A stretch of 63,029 nt of DNA, filler included, from Stramenopiles sp. TOSAG23-2 (Eukaryota), in NCBI GenBank assembly GCA_900128395.1. It is 7 parts of 7 records of this genome, joined end to end, with 100 filler letters (N's around TTAATTAATTAA, not from the genome) between each part and the next. Parts side by side here need not be neighbours in the genome. Positions count along the whole stretch, not along the records: positions 1 to 27,376 come from LT649419.1; 6 more parts are not named here. One strand, 5' to 3'. Shown in pieces: positions 13,403-25,600 of the stretch. The notes under the pieces were generated by a model. The model saw only the letters and a program-made list of their open reading frames with translations. It was not told where the DNA came from and searched no databases. How positions within the stretch are numbered: position 1 is the stretch's first letter; every line of letters starts with the position of its first letter. The position numbers and the translations under genes were made by a program.

Positions 13403-13990
13403 TGTTGTAAAAATTTTTTAAAGAATAGCAACACGGTATAAACAATGTATATAGCTTTTCTATTCAATAACATTGTTGATATACATTCTTGCATATATAT
13501 ATTTCAAATGTACTATTAATAGTAACTTTACTGGCTTATTATAGTAACGGTGGTGTGGTGTTTGAAAAAGTCATAGTAAGTCGTCTAAGTGTCTAAGTCA
13601 AGTTGCAAAAAGCTTTAAAATAAATTAATAATAGCAACAAAATATTAAAAGGCTGTGTGCTGATGTGTGCTGTTTTGGTAGAGCCAGCTAACACGTGGTA
13701 TAGTCTAACAGGTATGTAATATGATGACCAAAAAAGAAAAAAAAAGCTTCATCCTCCTTAATTTGATTATTAATCCTCATCATTCTTCTTCTTTTTTTGC
13801 ACTTTTCTACACTATACATACCAGGTACACAGTATAATACCAGAGTACAGTAAACCAACCTGGGGTGGTAAAAAACACCACAAAAAAGTTTATATTAAAA
13901 ACTAAATAATAAAGAATAAAAGTAGAAGAAGAAGATGATACAAACGGATGAAAAACAACAAGAATATATTAAAACATATTGAATCAAATC

Positions 13991-14989
13991 ATGTCATCGC
14001 ATGTATCAACACACCCACAAGAAAAGAAAAAAAAGAAAAAAAAGAAGAAGAAGAAAAAGAAATCTCGTACAGATGATGATGTTAATAATGATAATGATAA
14101 TAATAGAAAGAATGCAATAATACAAAAAAAAAGAAGTTATAATAATAATATTGGCAACAACAACAATAATAGAAAGAAAAAACATAAAGCAAAACATAAT
14201 AATAATCAAAGTAAATACCATAAGCAACAACATCAATCAAATCGTTTCTCATCTGCATCCTCGACTTCTTTATCATCCTTGCAAAGTAAATTTTTAAAAA
14301 AATTAAGTGGTGCAAAATTTCGTACATTAAATGAAGAGCTATATACAAAACCTAGTGAATTTTCATTTAATAAATTTCAAAGTGATCCAAAATTATTCTT
14401 TGATTATCATGATGGTTTTAGAGAACAAGTAAAATCCTGGCCCAAAAATCCATTAGATATGATTATTGGCGAAATAAAAAAAATGAAATCAAAGAAATTA
14501 ATTATTGGCGATTTTGGTTGTGGTGAAGCAGTTTTAGCAACTTCCGTACCTAATAAAGTATATTCATTTGATTTAGTTGCACAAAATAAATCCGTCATAG
14601 CATGTAATATAGCAAACGTTCCTTTAAAAAATAATGAATTAGACATAGCCGTTTTTTGTTTAGCATTAATGGGTACAGATTATTACAAATTTATACTGGA
14701 AAGCCATCGTGTATTAAAACTTGGTGGGACATTATTAATTGCTGAGGTTGAAAGTCGCTTTTGTCATAAAGACAACGAGAGTGCAAGAAGTGATATATTA
14801 CAAAATGGTTGCAATGCATTTATATCCATGGTTGAAAAACTTGGTTTTAAAATAATTAAACAATACCCAAAGACATCATATTTTGTATTATTTAAATTTG
14901 AAAAGATAAAAGAACTAAAAAGTAAAGAAATGGATATGAGAAAATTAAAACCGTTTCCGCTAAAAGCATGTATATATAAGAGGAGATAA
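13991..14989 (+). CDS. RRP8: Ribosomal RNA-processing protein 8 (25S rRNA m1A methyltransferase)
   Basis: LSGAKFRTLNEELYT, YHDGFREQVKSWPKNP, IGDFGCGEA, FCLALMGT, C-terminal LKACIYKRR. First ATG at 13991. Confidence 0.95.
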   Translation: MSSHVSTHPQEKKKKKKKKKKKKKSRTDDDVNNDNDNNRKNAIIQKKRSYNNNIGNNNNNRKKKHKAKHNNNQSKYHKQQHQSNRFSSASSTSLSSLQSKFLKKLSGAKFRTLNEELYTKPSEFSFNKFQSDPKLFFDYHDGFREQVKSWPKNPLDMIIGEIKKMKSKKLIIGDFGCGEAVLATSVPNKVYSFDLVAQNKSVIACNIANVPLKNNELDIAVFCLALMGTDYYKFILESHRVLKLGGTLLIAEVESRFCHKDNESARSDILQNGCNAFISMVEKLGFKIIKQYPKTSYFVLFKFEKIKELKSKEMDMRKLKPFPLKACIYKRR

Positions 14990-15323
14990 GAGAGAGAGAG
15001 AGGACAGGGAGAAAGAAAGAGAGAAGGCGTGTAAGAAATATGAAATATATATCATATGATACGTGATATATATGAGATATATTTAAAAATATATAAAAAT
15101 ATTTTATTAGCTTATATAAAAAATATTAATACATTTTATGATATATTATTATAGTAGAGGAATTATCATGAGTAAATTAAAAATAAGTTTATTGTGAGCA
15201 TTAATTATATATACTATAGATACCGCGTGTATATATATATATATATTACGTATTAGCGTACGAATAAAATTTTCTTTTTTATTCGGATCTCGTCTCTCTC
15301 TCTTCTCCCTTTTTTGTTTTTCT

Positions 15324-18300
15324 TTAGTAATCATCATACCCATGTTTATATGTCTTTCCACTATTATCTTCATCCCGTTCATCTTCCGCTATCTCATCGT
15401 TGTATGCAAGAATATCATCTCTTGCATTACTAAACATTTTAAATTTCTCCATACCTTCCTCCTTTGAAATTCCTAAACGTTTGTTCCATTTATCAGGATG
15501 ATAACGAAGTGCTTTCTTCTTATATGCGCGATTTACATCTGCCTCGGATGCTTCATCTGGCAATTCAAAAAGTTCATATGCAGCTAATTTTTTCTTCTTC
15601 AACTTTTCCCGATTCTCTTCACCAGGGTCATAATAATGGCCACCTCCAAAACCACGATTACCAAAGAAGAAACTACCTGCAAATCTTCTTCTAAACATTT
15701 CCTCAAAGAAAGCGTCTGCCATATCTTCTTCGAAATCAAAAAACTGATGCTGTCTTCTTTGCCTTTCTCGCTTTGCAGCTTTTGCACGAGCTTTTGCTTC
15801 TTTCATGCGTCGTTGTCTTTCTTTTTCTTCTGCAATCTTCTCTTTTCGTCTCCTTTCCCGCTCAATTCGCCTTCTTTCTGCTTCCATTTTCCTCCTTTCA
15901 GCATCATCTTTTGCCTTCTGTTCTTCTCGAATACGTTTTTTTTCAGCTTCGATTGCTTTTTTGATTGCTTTTTGTCGCCTAGCTTCTGCAATTCGTTTTT
16001 CTTCCTCACGTCTTTTCTTTATCATGGAATTGATAATATTGATTTTTTCCGTGTTAGATACATCATCGATTTTACCAATTTCCCTCAATTCTTCAAATTC
16101 CGTATATGTAAATTCGATATCAACAAGTTTATTTAGCTCCATTAAATAACATTCAACTTTATATTTTGGAATGAACTGTACATTATTATCAGTGCCGCCA
16201 CCTTTGCGATTCGTATTATCATTTTTAATGCCATATTCATATGCCATTTGGAATATTTCAAGCAAATCAGAACAAAGAAGACCAGCGTTAAAATAAATTA
16301 AAGTCGCTTGATTTTTCTTTTCGCTTTCCGTTTCAGCTTTTGGCTTGGAAAATTCTTCTGATTTTTCCGATTCTTTTATCATTTGTTGATATGATGTCTC
16401 CAATGCTTGGTTGGACGTGACAAACAATTGAAAAGTAGACGAAACAGCATCATCCTCTTTCAATACACTTTCAATGTTTCCTACACATGTAGCGTATAAT
16501 AATGGTAACATGAAATTAGCCGTATTATCTCTCTTTTCCCGACGTCGGCGTAACCTAGCTTCTTTTTTTTTCCTCCTATTTTCTATTTTTTTTCTTTCTT
16601 TTTCTTCTGCAGCTATTTTTGCAGCTTCAAGTTTTGCACGTTTGGATTCTAATTCACGCTTCATTTCCTCTTCTTCTTCAAGTTCCCGTTTCTTCTCCGC
16701 TGCTAAACGATTGGCTTCTTCTTCCTGTCTCTTTCTTTTCGATGCTAAAAAATCATCTGTTTCCATCCATTTCTTCCAATTAGAAAACATGTTGTGCACA
16801 AGTCTTTTCTTACGATGTTTTGCCATTTTTGCCATTTTCGACTTTAATTTCTTTCGACGTTTACGCCTTGCCGGCTCATTAAAATATTCAATCATTTTTT
16901 TCAAACATTTCTTCTTTAAATTATGTATTGTACGGTCTTGTCGAACTATTTCTTGTCTCCTGTTGTATACTCGGTTTTGAATTTGTTTGGCAGTCAGCTG
17001 TTTCTTAGGCTTGAATCCTTTCGGTACAAATGCTTTTGCTTCAGTTCTTAATCTACTTGAGAATGGACTTTGTTTTTTCTTCTTCTTGTTCTTTGAAATT
17101 TGATCCACTTTGAACATTTGTGGATTATTACTATTTGTTCGTGATATCAACCTCTCATTTTGTTTTGATCCACGATTGGCATTATTGTTATTGTTAAAAC
17201 TATCGCTAGGACTATTTAATTTTTCCTTGACGCTTTTAACTAACTTTTCAGGATTCGTTCGAAGACACATACTACATTTAATATCTTGCCATGTATTTTC
17301 AAATGTACAAGACGGACATTTCCATGTATTTTCTTTTTTCTTTTCAGGTATTGCCGTCACTACTGGTGGTTTGCTATCTCTCGGTGCATTTTTTCGAGCA
17401 GTGTCATTAAGTAAACTGTCGACATGGTATCTCAATTGAGGTCTTGTAATAATTTTTTCTTCGACTAATTCTTCAAGAGTTTCTTCAAACATTACCAAGG
17501 TAATCTCCCCTTCATGAAACATTGACTTCAATTCATTAATAATACCATCAGGATTCTCTGGATCATACTCAAGTTCAAGATTATCACCAACTTCCTCTTC
17601 GAAGTTATCTTCCGTTGTTGCAATCATTGCAGTTCCTATCTCATTACCAATATGTGAAAAAACATCAGTAACGTGCGATGCTGTAGTATCATTGTTAACT
17701 TTTTTTGAGTTTTTGTTCTTTTGTTTCGTTTTCGTATCTTTGTTGTTTTTTTTCGTCGTCGTGTTCTTCTTCTTGTTCTTCTTCTTTTTTGACTTCGATG
17801 GTTTCTCACTTAAATTTTCTTTTTCCTGTGCTACTACATTAGAGGTAGAATTGGAAAATACCTTGCTATTGCTCTTTTTGGTGGGGTTCAATGGATGGAT
17901 ATATCTACATTTATTCCCAAATTTACATGCAGTGCCGGACCAAGCAAATTTACATTTTTGACTATCAAACCAAGAAAAATATTGTGGAACGTCATTTTTC
18001 TTTAAAGAAAATGTTTTTTGAAATATTTTTGTAACAACTGGTGTATCTAACGTACCATGCAAAAGCGATAATTCTTGCATTTCTTTTATTAACAAATTTT
18101 GAGTTTTGCTAGATAATGCATCAATCCATTTAAAAGATTCTTTATTCACAGATTTCTTTTTCTTTTCACTTTTTTTTGTCGTTTCTACTGGTATTGCTGC
18201 CGCTGCCGCTCTTTGTTCTCTTAGTTCTTGTAAAGTTATATTTTTCTTAGTATTATTATTACCTGCTGTTGTTGTATCTTTTAAAACACTTTCTTTCGCG

Positions 18301-18842
18301 TCGTGTTTGTTACTTTGTTGTTTTTTTAAGAGAACCATGGAGTCAGGCCCTGTTTCAGCAGCTCGTTTTTGTGAATCGAGCAAAACTTTCAATGGATTGC
18401 TGATCGTGTTTCGCATGATTGCCCCACCTCCTTTTGGTATAACTCGTATGTCCGTAACTCGAAAAGGAGTTGCAGAAGTTAAGAAATTATTTTTTGACGC
18501 CCAACTTTTAATGCGAACTTGTGCTGGAAAACGAGATTTCTTCTTCTTTGGTGGTGGTTGTTTCTTGCCTTGTTTAAATCTAGTCCATGCAACTGGATCG
18601 ATATTCATTTCAATCTTACCGTGTTTATGAAATGGTCCAAATAATTTCTTACTTGAAAAATTAAATAGGAAAAGCATTGTGTCGTCGGCTATAGTATCTT
18701 TCATTTTTTTAAAATCTTTCGACGGCGACCCTAATAATCCTTGTAAACATCTTTGTTCTGTTTGATTATTACAAACAAATATATATGCATAAGCACTTGA
18801 TGCATCATCAGTATCGCCGTTGTCGGTTACTAAACTAGTCAT
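15324..18842 (-). CDS. Multidomain protein: DCD domain, CCCH zinc finger, RanBP2 zinc finger, PAM2 motif, coiled coils, C-terminal J-domain
   Basis: YIFVCNNQT..LFLFNFSSKKLFG..FPAQVRI (DCD); CKFAWSGTACKFGNKCRYIH (CCCH); WKCPSCTFEN..KCSMC (RanBP2); SRLRTEAKAFVP (PAM2); AYKKKALRYHPDK (J-domain). Confidence 0.85.
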   Translation of the reverse strand: MTSLVTDNGDTDDASSAYAYIFVCNNQTEQRCLQGLLGSPSKDFKKMKDTIADDTMLFLFNFSSKKLFGPFHKHGKIEMNIDPVAWTRFKQGKKQPPPKKKKSRFPAQVRIKSWASKNNFLTSATPFRVTDIRVIPKGGGAIMRNTISNPLKVLLDSQKRAAETGPDSMVLLKKQQSNKHDAKESVLKDTTTAGNNNTKKNITLQELREQRAAAAAIPVETTKKSEKKKKSVNKESFKWIDALSSKTQNLLIKEMQELSLLHGTLDTPVVTKIFQKTFSLKKNDVPQYFSWFDSQKCKFAWSGTACKFGNKCRYIHPLNPTKKSNSKVFSNSTSNVVAQEKENLSEKPSKSKKKKNKKKNTTTKKNNKDTKTKQKNKNSKKVNNDTTASHVTDVFSHIGNEIGTAMIATTEDNFEEEVGDNLELEYDPENPDGIINELKSMFHEGEITLVMFEETLEELVEEKIITRPQLRYHVDSLLNDTARKNAPRDSKPPVVTAIPEKKKENTWKCPSCTFENTWQDIKCSMCLRTNPEKLVKSVKEKLNSPSDSFNNNNNANRGSKQNERLISRTNSNNPQMFKVDQISKNKKKKKQSPFSSRLRTEAKAFVPKGFKPKKQLTAKQIQNRVYNRRQEIVRQDRTIHNLKKKCLKKMIEYFNEPARRKRRKKLKSKMAKMAKHRKKRLVHNMFSNWKKWMETDDFLASKRKRQEEEANRLAAEKKRELEEEEEMKRELESKRAKLEAAKIAAEEKERKKIENRRKKKEARLRRRREKRDNTANFMLPLLYATCVGNIESVLKEDDAVSSTFQLFVTSNQALETSYQQMIKESEKSEEFSKPKAETESEKKNQATLIYFNAGLLCSDLLEIFQMAYEYGIKNDNTNRKGGGTDNNVQFIPKYKVECYLMELNKLVDIEFTYTEFEELREIGKIDDVSNTEKINIINSMIKKRREEEKRIAEARRQKAIKKAIEAEKKRIREEQKAKDDAERRKMEAERRRIERERRRKEKIAEEKERQRRMKEAKARAKAAKRERQRRQHQFFDFEEDMADAFFEEMFRRRFAGSFFFGNRGFGGGHYYDPGEENREKLKKKKLAAYELFELPDEASEADVNRAYKKKALRYHPDKWNKRLGISKEEGMEKFKMFSNARDDILAYNDEIAEDERDEDNSGKTYKHGYDDY

Positions 18843-19612
18843 GTTCTTGTTACTATATATATATTATAGCCCACAACAACTTTCTTCTTTTCTGTTCATT
18901 GTTGTATCAATCGATACAACTTAGTACGGACTGATTCATTCAATAGTACCTACGTTTACTAGCTTTTTTAAATGTAAATGTGCGATGGTGTGGGTGGGGG
19001 GGAGCCTGAGGAGGAGAAATTGCTGATCACATTACCACTGGTGGTAGGTCAAATTCACTATGCTATATTCGGAGCGTATCGTATTTTGCCATTTCCCAGG
19101 ACCCCACCCAGCGAAGTCCAGGACAGGCACGAAGGCCGATTATAATGTAAATGCTATTTGGCGGCAGAATGTATGACATTTTTTTTCTAAAATACCGATT
19201 TTATTATCCATAATTGAACAAATTGTAAATATACGAAAAATATAGAAAATGCTAAAATTTTAACTAACACATGGTCAAGGAAAGAAAACGACCAAGTCCG
19301 ATCTCCACTTCCCCTCTAAACTCTATTGTTTTTTCGCGGATCTGAATCGTGCTGTGACATCATTTCTCTTTATCATACGAATAGCATTGCGATTGTGCCG
19401 CAGCACCACCACACCATATACAAACAACTACAACCAGGAAAGACGACAAGTTAAAGTAATATATTTCATAAAAAAAGAACAAATGTATCATATTAATATG
19501 AATGATGATATACATATGATATATTACTACATAAAGAACAAGAAGAACAAAACCATTTCTAACCAAACAACCGCCCCATTTAATATTAATAAGAATAATC
19601 CACAAAATAACC

Positions 19613-22600
19613 ATGCCAAAGAAAAAACAGCAGCAACGGAGAGCAAAAGGTGTAACAGTAGCTTCGTCTACATCAGCATTTAATACTTTAAAAAATGAAG
19701 GAATAAGTAATCAAGGATTTATTGGTTTTGGTGCATTTGCCAATGACAATAATAATGATTATAGTGATGATAATAATAATAGCAGCAACAACAATGACAC
19801 GGCCATAGCAAAACAACAACAAAATTCTCCTGCATTTCGTAAAAACAAAAACAAATCGTCCAACAATAATGTGAAAACATCATTGACACCATTTTATCAA
19901 GGTGATAACTCTAAACTGAAAATCATATTTAAAGGTATAACGAAAAAAGATGAAATTACAAAATTAAAATCAGTTCAAGAATTGATGAATCTTTTACCAA
20001 GTTGCGCGCGGCCTGATTTGGCCCGCGCATTACCACATTTTGCTTATTTGTACATAAAAAATATCAAGTCAAACAATCGTAGACTTAGGTATCATTTGAA
20101 TTACGTATTATGTCATTTTGCTTCTCTACGTTTTACGAAAATATTTAAGAAAATATTTAGTGATTTAATTTTATCATGGTATACAGCTTGTTTTGATTCT
20201 TATGAACTGTCGGCGACATATGCGAGGATTGGGTTTAAAATTGCGGTATCTTCCATTCTAGGCCATCAAGAAGATAAAATGCAAAGTAAAAATAATAACA
20301 CGATTGCCAAAGCAGCCATTTTGAAAGAAGAAACTATTGATTTTGGAAATCATTTTTTTCTTAATCAACAAAACAACAATCATAATTTTTTCAAACAAGT
20401 TATTAATCAATTATTTAAAAAACTTTATAAATATTTAATATCATCTCCTAAAGATTTTAGTGACGCTGAAGATGATCAAACAGCAATTGAGATGCGTTAT
20501 GAACGAACTGTTAGCATGGCTTTGAATGGATTTTTGTATGGGTTAAAAAGTTTAGATTTAAAATTTAGCAATGTTGATAACGGAGACAAAAATGATTTTG
20601 AAATAAAAGAATTGTATAAAAGTAAAAAATTTTGGAAACTCTCCACATTGTTTCACTATAAAAAAATACATATAGCGTTTTTTCAATTAAATCATGGGAT
20701 TCTTAAAAAGTATGGCAATCGGTTAAGTTCATATCAACGTGAAATGGGAGTAACTTTCCTTGCTAAAGGATTAAAAATTGGAGGAGGAAAAGGCAATAAT
20801 ACTGTAACGAGTATTGGACAAGACAATTTTATTGCAGTTTGGGATGTAGTACTCCTATATTTAAAAACGTTTCAAGCGACTTATTATAAAAATGTAGATT
20901 TGAAAAAAACATTTTATCCATCATTGTGGAAATTAATTGATAATAATTTCTATGGCCATACAAGATTATGTTGCAAAAATATGGTTATCATATGTTCCTT
21001 TTTACCAACAAGTGATTTAACGAATATTGACAAGGAAATGAATGCGTTGGAATTGAGAAACAAAGATCCACGTTTTGAGCTTTTGTCTCGATTAATTAAA
21101 TCAACAACAATGAAACATAGTAGTAACAGTAGCAGTAGTAGTACTACTGCATTAAATTCCATACAAATAAATATTGGTAAATCCGTATTAGAATGTGTAT
21201 TATATTTATTTAAATGGTTTCATGGAAAAATGGATGCATCGAACACAATGTCAACTTCAATATATAACAGTGGTATATCAAGCTTGATTGAAGAAGCGCT
21301 TTTGCCAATGATTGATATATTTGTCGTCAACAATGACAAAAACAATCAGTCAGGCAATGTCGATTTATTAATTGTCATTTTGGAAAAATTAAATCTTATG
21401 GGATTAAGAGAGGAAATTGAAAGTATAATTAATTATATACTTGAAAAATGCACATCTGATATAAGTTTTGGAACAATATTAAAATGCATATCCAAAACAG
21501 CAACATTAAAAGAACTCAATTGCATAAAGACATTTGCGTATGAAATATTTTCAACAGTACTAAATTTGCAGTTAAAAGATGACGATAATACAAAAAAGAA
21601 GGTCTTTCCAACCGCTGCTGTAATAGCATATTCAAAATATGATATTAAAAATATATCAAAGAATGTAGAAGTAGAAATTGGGAATATATTGAATAAGATT
21701 ATTTGCAATAATATATCGAACGGACAAGGCAAAATTTTTCATTCTATTTGCAGCATATACAATATGAGCTTGGAACATATCAACAATGTTGATAAGAAAA
21801 ATCAATGCATAAAAGCAATCATGAAAACAATTTTCAAACAAACGATGGAGAATTCTTATAATAACATCTCAGCTGTAAATATTGCAATAGATATATTTAA
21901 GACATATCCTGCCAATAATATTTTGACTGAATTCATCAAAGATCTATTATTAATGTACAATCCCAACATGCAACAAAAAGGACAAATAAATCATTTGAAG
22001 TGGAAAAGCCACAAAATCGAATTTTTATCAAATTGTTTGAATTTCTATATTATTAGTGACACTAATGATAATAATAAGATCGAAGGTGGAAATAGCAGCA
22101 GCATAATAAACACGATTGAAACTTATATTGAAATGATGAATAAATTTTGGTATGATTTGATGTTATCTACTGATGGTACATTTTCAAACATCGAAATGGA
22201 AAGTAATGCACTAGCATTGTTTCAGTTTGTAGATAGTGCCTACTGTGCATTGCTTAATAATCGTAAAACGATGACGATAGAAAATGGTACTATAAACGAT
22301 ACATTGCCAAAATTTTATAAAAGCAAGCTGTTTAAAGCTATTGTTCAAATATTTCCATATATATACACGACGCAATTAATTGGAACATCTATGTTAAAAA
22401 ACACTAAACGTAGCAAGATAACTATTTACGCTGAAGATTTATACGGCAAGTATCAGACGAAATTGCTCCCGCAATTGTGGATGATATATTTAAAAGTTCA
22501 GAATGTAGATAGCGAAAGAAAGCAACTGCCAATGTTTTGTAATGAGCTGTATGTAAATAGTTTAAAAGAGATTTGGAAGTTGAAAGATATACAAAATAAG

Positions 22601-25600
22601 AGCACTAATGCTACATTAAGCATGTACGATTTTTGCAATCAATTTGTAGATGTATGTCTTGTTTCTACAGACACAGTTGACCCAGATCAATTAGGTATAA
22701 TGTCATTATTAGATCATTTGAACATATTTAATCAAGACTTTTGGATCTTGAATAGTAGCGGTGATAATATGACATCAGGTTTTTCAACAAAAAATTCGGA
22801 AACATTTACAAATTGTTTAGCCGCCTTTATTAATCGTCTTGGCATTTCGACGATCTTAATGGGTGTATATAACAGTGATAATGAAACCTGGAATGAAATG
22901 GGAGAAGCAGTGTTAGAACAAAAAGATGGTAAAACAATTCATGCGCTTGCTCACTTATTGTATTCCTTTGAATTGAAGTTGCTGAATGCAAAAGAAAAGA
23001 ATATGAATAATTCCGTATCTTTGTTGCTTGAAAAATGCTACGAAAAAGTTTTAAAACCCTTTTTTAGTCATGGTGGTAATAATAACATTGGATCATCTTT
23101 GCCAGAGCTATTTCATAAACATTTTAAATCAATTGTTTCTGAAATTATTTCCATTCTTGTTTCCAGCGCACTATCCCCTAATACAACGATGTGGGAAGCA
23201 TTCGTATGTTTGAAAGCTAGCGAACGTGTAATTCAATATCTTTTTGGTAGCAGCGGAAAATCAAAACATGGTGAAGAAAGCATAGCAATTGGCGTGGATC
23301 AGATTACCATCTCAGAAAGTAATGAAGATGATTCAATAGAAATATCAAACAAGAAAAATGAGACGGAAGAAAAGGAAGAAGTGCAATCGGAGGACCAAAA
23401 ACAAAACGATACGAAGGATTTATTTAAAAAAGGAGATGCTGTTCGTTACATACATAAAAATGGTAAATTTGAAGCGGCTGTCATACTCCAAGTTCATCCC
23501 GATGAAGATGAAGGTCGCCCCTATTTCTCAATACGCCTTAGTTCTGGTAATGAAAAACAAACAGAACAAGAACGTTTACAACCGTTAGCATCATATGTGA
23601 ACCCAAGTAAACAAAAACGTAGGAAAGAACCTGATGGTAATACTAAAGATCTGGATAAAAATAGTAATAGTGGGAGTAAAAAAAATAAGAAGTCTAGTGT
23701 TGATTATTATCGGAAACGTCGTGAACGAAGAAAATTAGAAAGAAAGCAAAGCATGAAGATGGCAGAAGACCATGATGCCAGATTAAAGTTGACATGGAAG
23801 GAAAATGATATTGCACAACTGATGGCGAAACTCGTAAATACGATGACAAATTCCATCATATTAGTTGATAGCATCGATATTGATGATAATATCATAGAAA
23901 AAGCTTTATTAATATCTACATTTCATTTATCAATCAATAAAATTCTGGAACCATTATTACCAACATTTGAAAACATTGAATATGAAATTGGTGTACTTGA
24001 TGAAATTGAAGATTTAGTTTTGAAAAACGAGGCGGAAAATCTTTCGCAAAATTTTAGGAGTAAAATGCCTATTGCTTTACTCCATCTTTATTCGCTATTT
24101 GTTGGTAAATCCATTGATCCGAAACGCTTTGGTAAATTGTTTCCAAAAATCCAAAAATTAACCGGTACTGTTTTAAAAAACAGTGGTAAAGCAGATACAA
24201 ATTTGTCATTTGATTCGTTATTGCAAATAAGAGTACAATCTTTATTGTCGTACAAGTTACAATCTACGTATTTATTGCATAATAATGATGATAGCGCTGC
24301 TACTGATGATGAATGTACTGGATTGGAAACATCATTAAAACTAGTACAAGCAACCTTTAAAATTTCATACGATGAGTTGGATGTCATAACTTTAAATCTA
24401 GCTTTTCATGGGGTAGATGAAATCTTATATGCAATATCCGATTATACAAACAAAAATATATGCAAAATAATGGAAAAAGAAGAAAATATAGATACCATAT
24501 TAAATATCTTCGTTAAATTGATGCGTTTACAAATTATTTTTCATAATAAAGCGAAAGAATACTTGAGAAAGAGGTTGATCGACGTATTGAATCGTTTTAT
24601 TGATGTTTTTACTCGTGGAATTTTGCCATTAAATTTTTTGAAGGCTGGGGAACTTATTGAGGATGATACCTTATTATTGACTTTTATGGATTTAATGGTT
24701 GAAACATCAAGTCCAAAAATTCAAATATTTGCCTTTTACATAATCTCAAATGAATATAAGAGCAAAATAAATAGTGATGTTTGCTTGATATTTGCACGTA
24801 AACTTGGGGCGGTTGGCGATTATACCGGCACGAGACCTTCTCGTGAAAAAGAACTTGGATTCTTTTTGCTATGGCACCTTTTATTACGATTTCCGACTAC
24901 ATTGCATAACATGTGCGCCGATGATCAAGATGATAATGACATTGTAGCTTTAATTGAAACACTAAATGCGAATATGTTGGAATTATCTTGTTTCAACTTG
25001 AATGTATTCGATACAAATAAGGTTGGTATTAGCGGATATAACAACAGTATAAATTGTAATAAATATTTTGGAGCTCGGCATTTAAAAGAGCAAGTAGAAG
25101 GTGGTGCAACACTTGTGAAAGCTGAATCTTTAGTAAACGAAAATTCAAATGAAGAGAATCCAATGGCTTCGAGCAACAGTAATAACAACACGTTGTACAA
25201 CGACAATGTAATTCACGTTCTAGATATAAAAGTAATGATTCATTATTTTTCTAGATATTACGATTCATTTTCACTCGTAGCGGCGAAGAGTCAAACGATT
25301 ATGAGTTTATATACATTAATGGAAACTGTTTTGAAACTTCCAAATATTGTTCGAAAATGGTGGAAAGACATGAAACGTGGAGATAATGATCGATTTGCAC
25401 AATTTATGTCAACTTCAATTACGCCTGCTATTATTTCAAGGGAAATATCACAATGTAAAAGTTCCATAACCAACACATTGTTCTCAAAGGATAATAATAA
25501 TGTGGAGGAGAATTACGACGAGGATGAGGATGAAGATACCTTGACCATTACTGGCAGTGTTGTCTCGCGCGATATTATTGCTGAATATGTGAAAAAAGAT

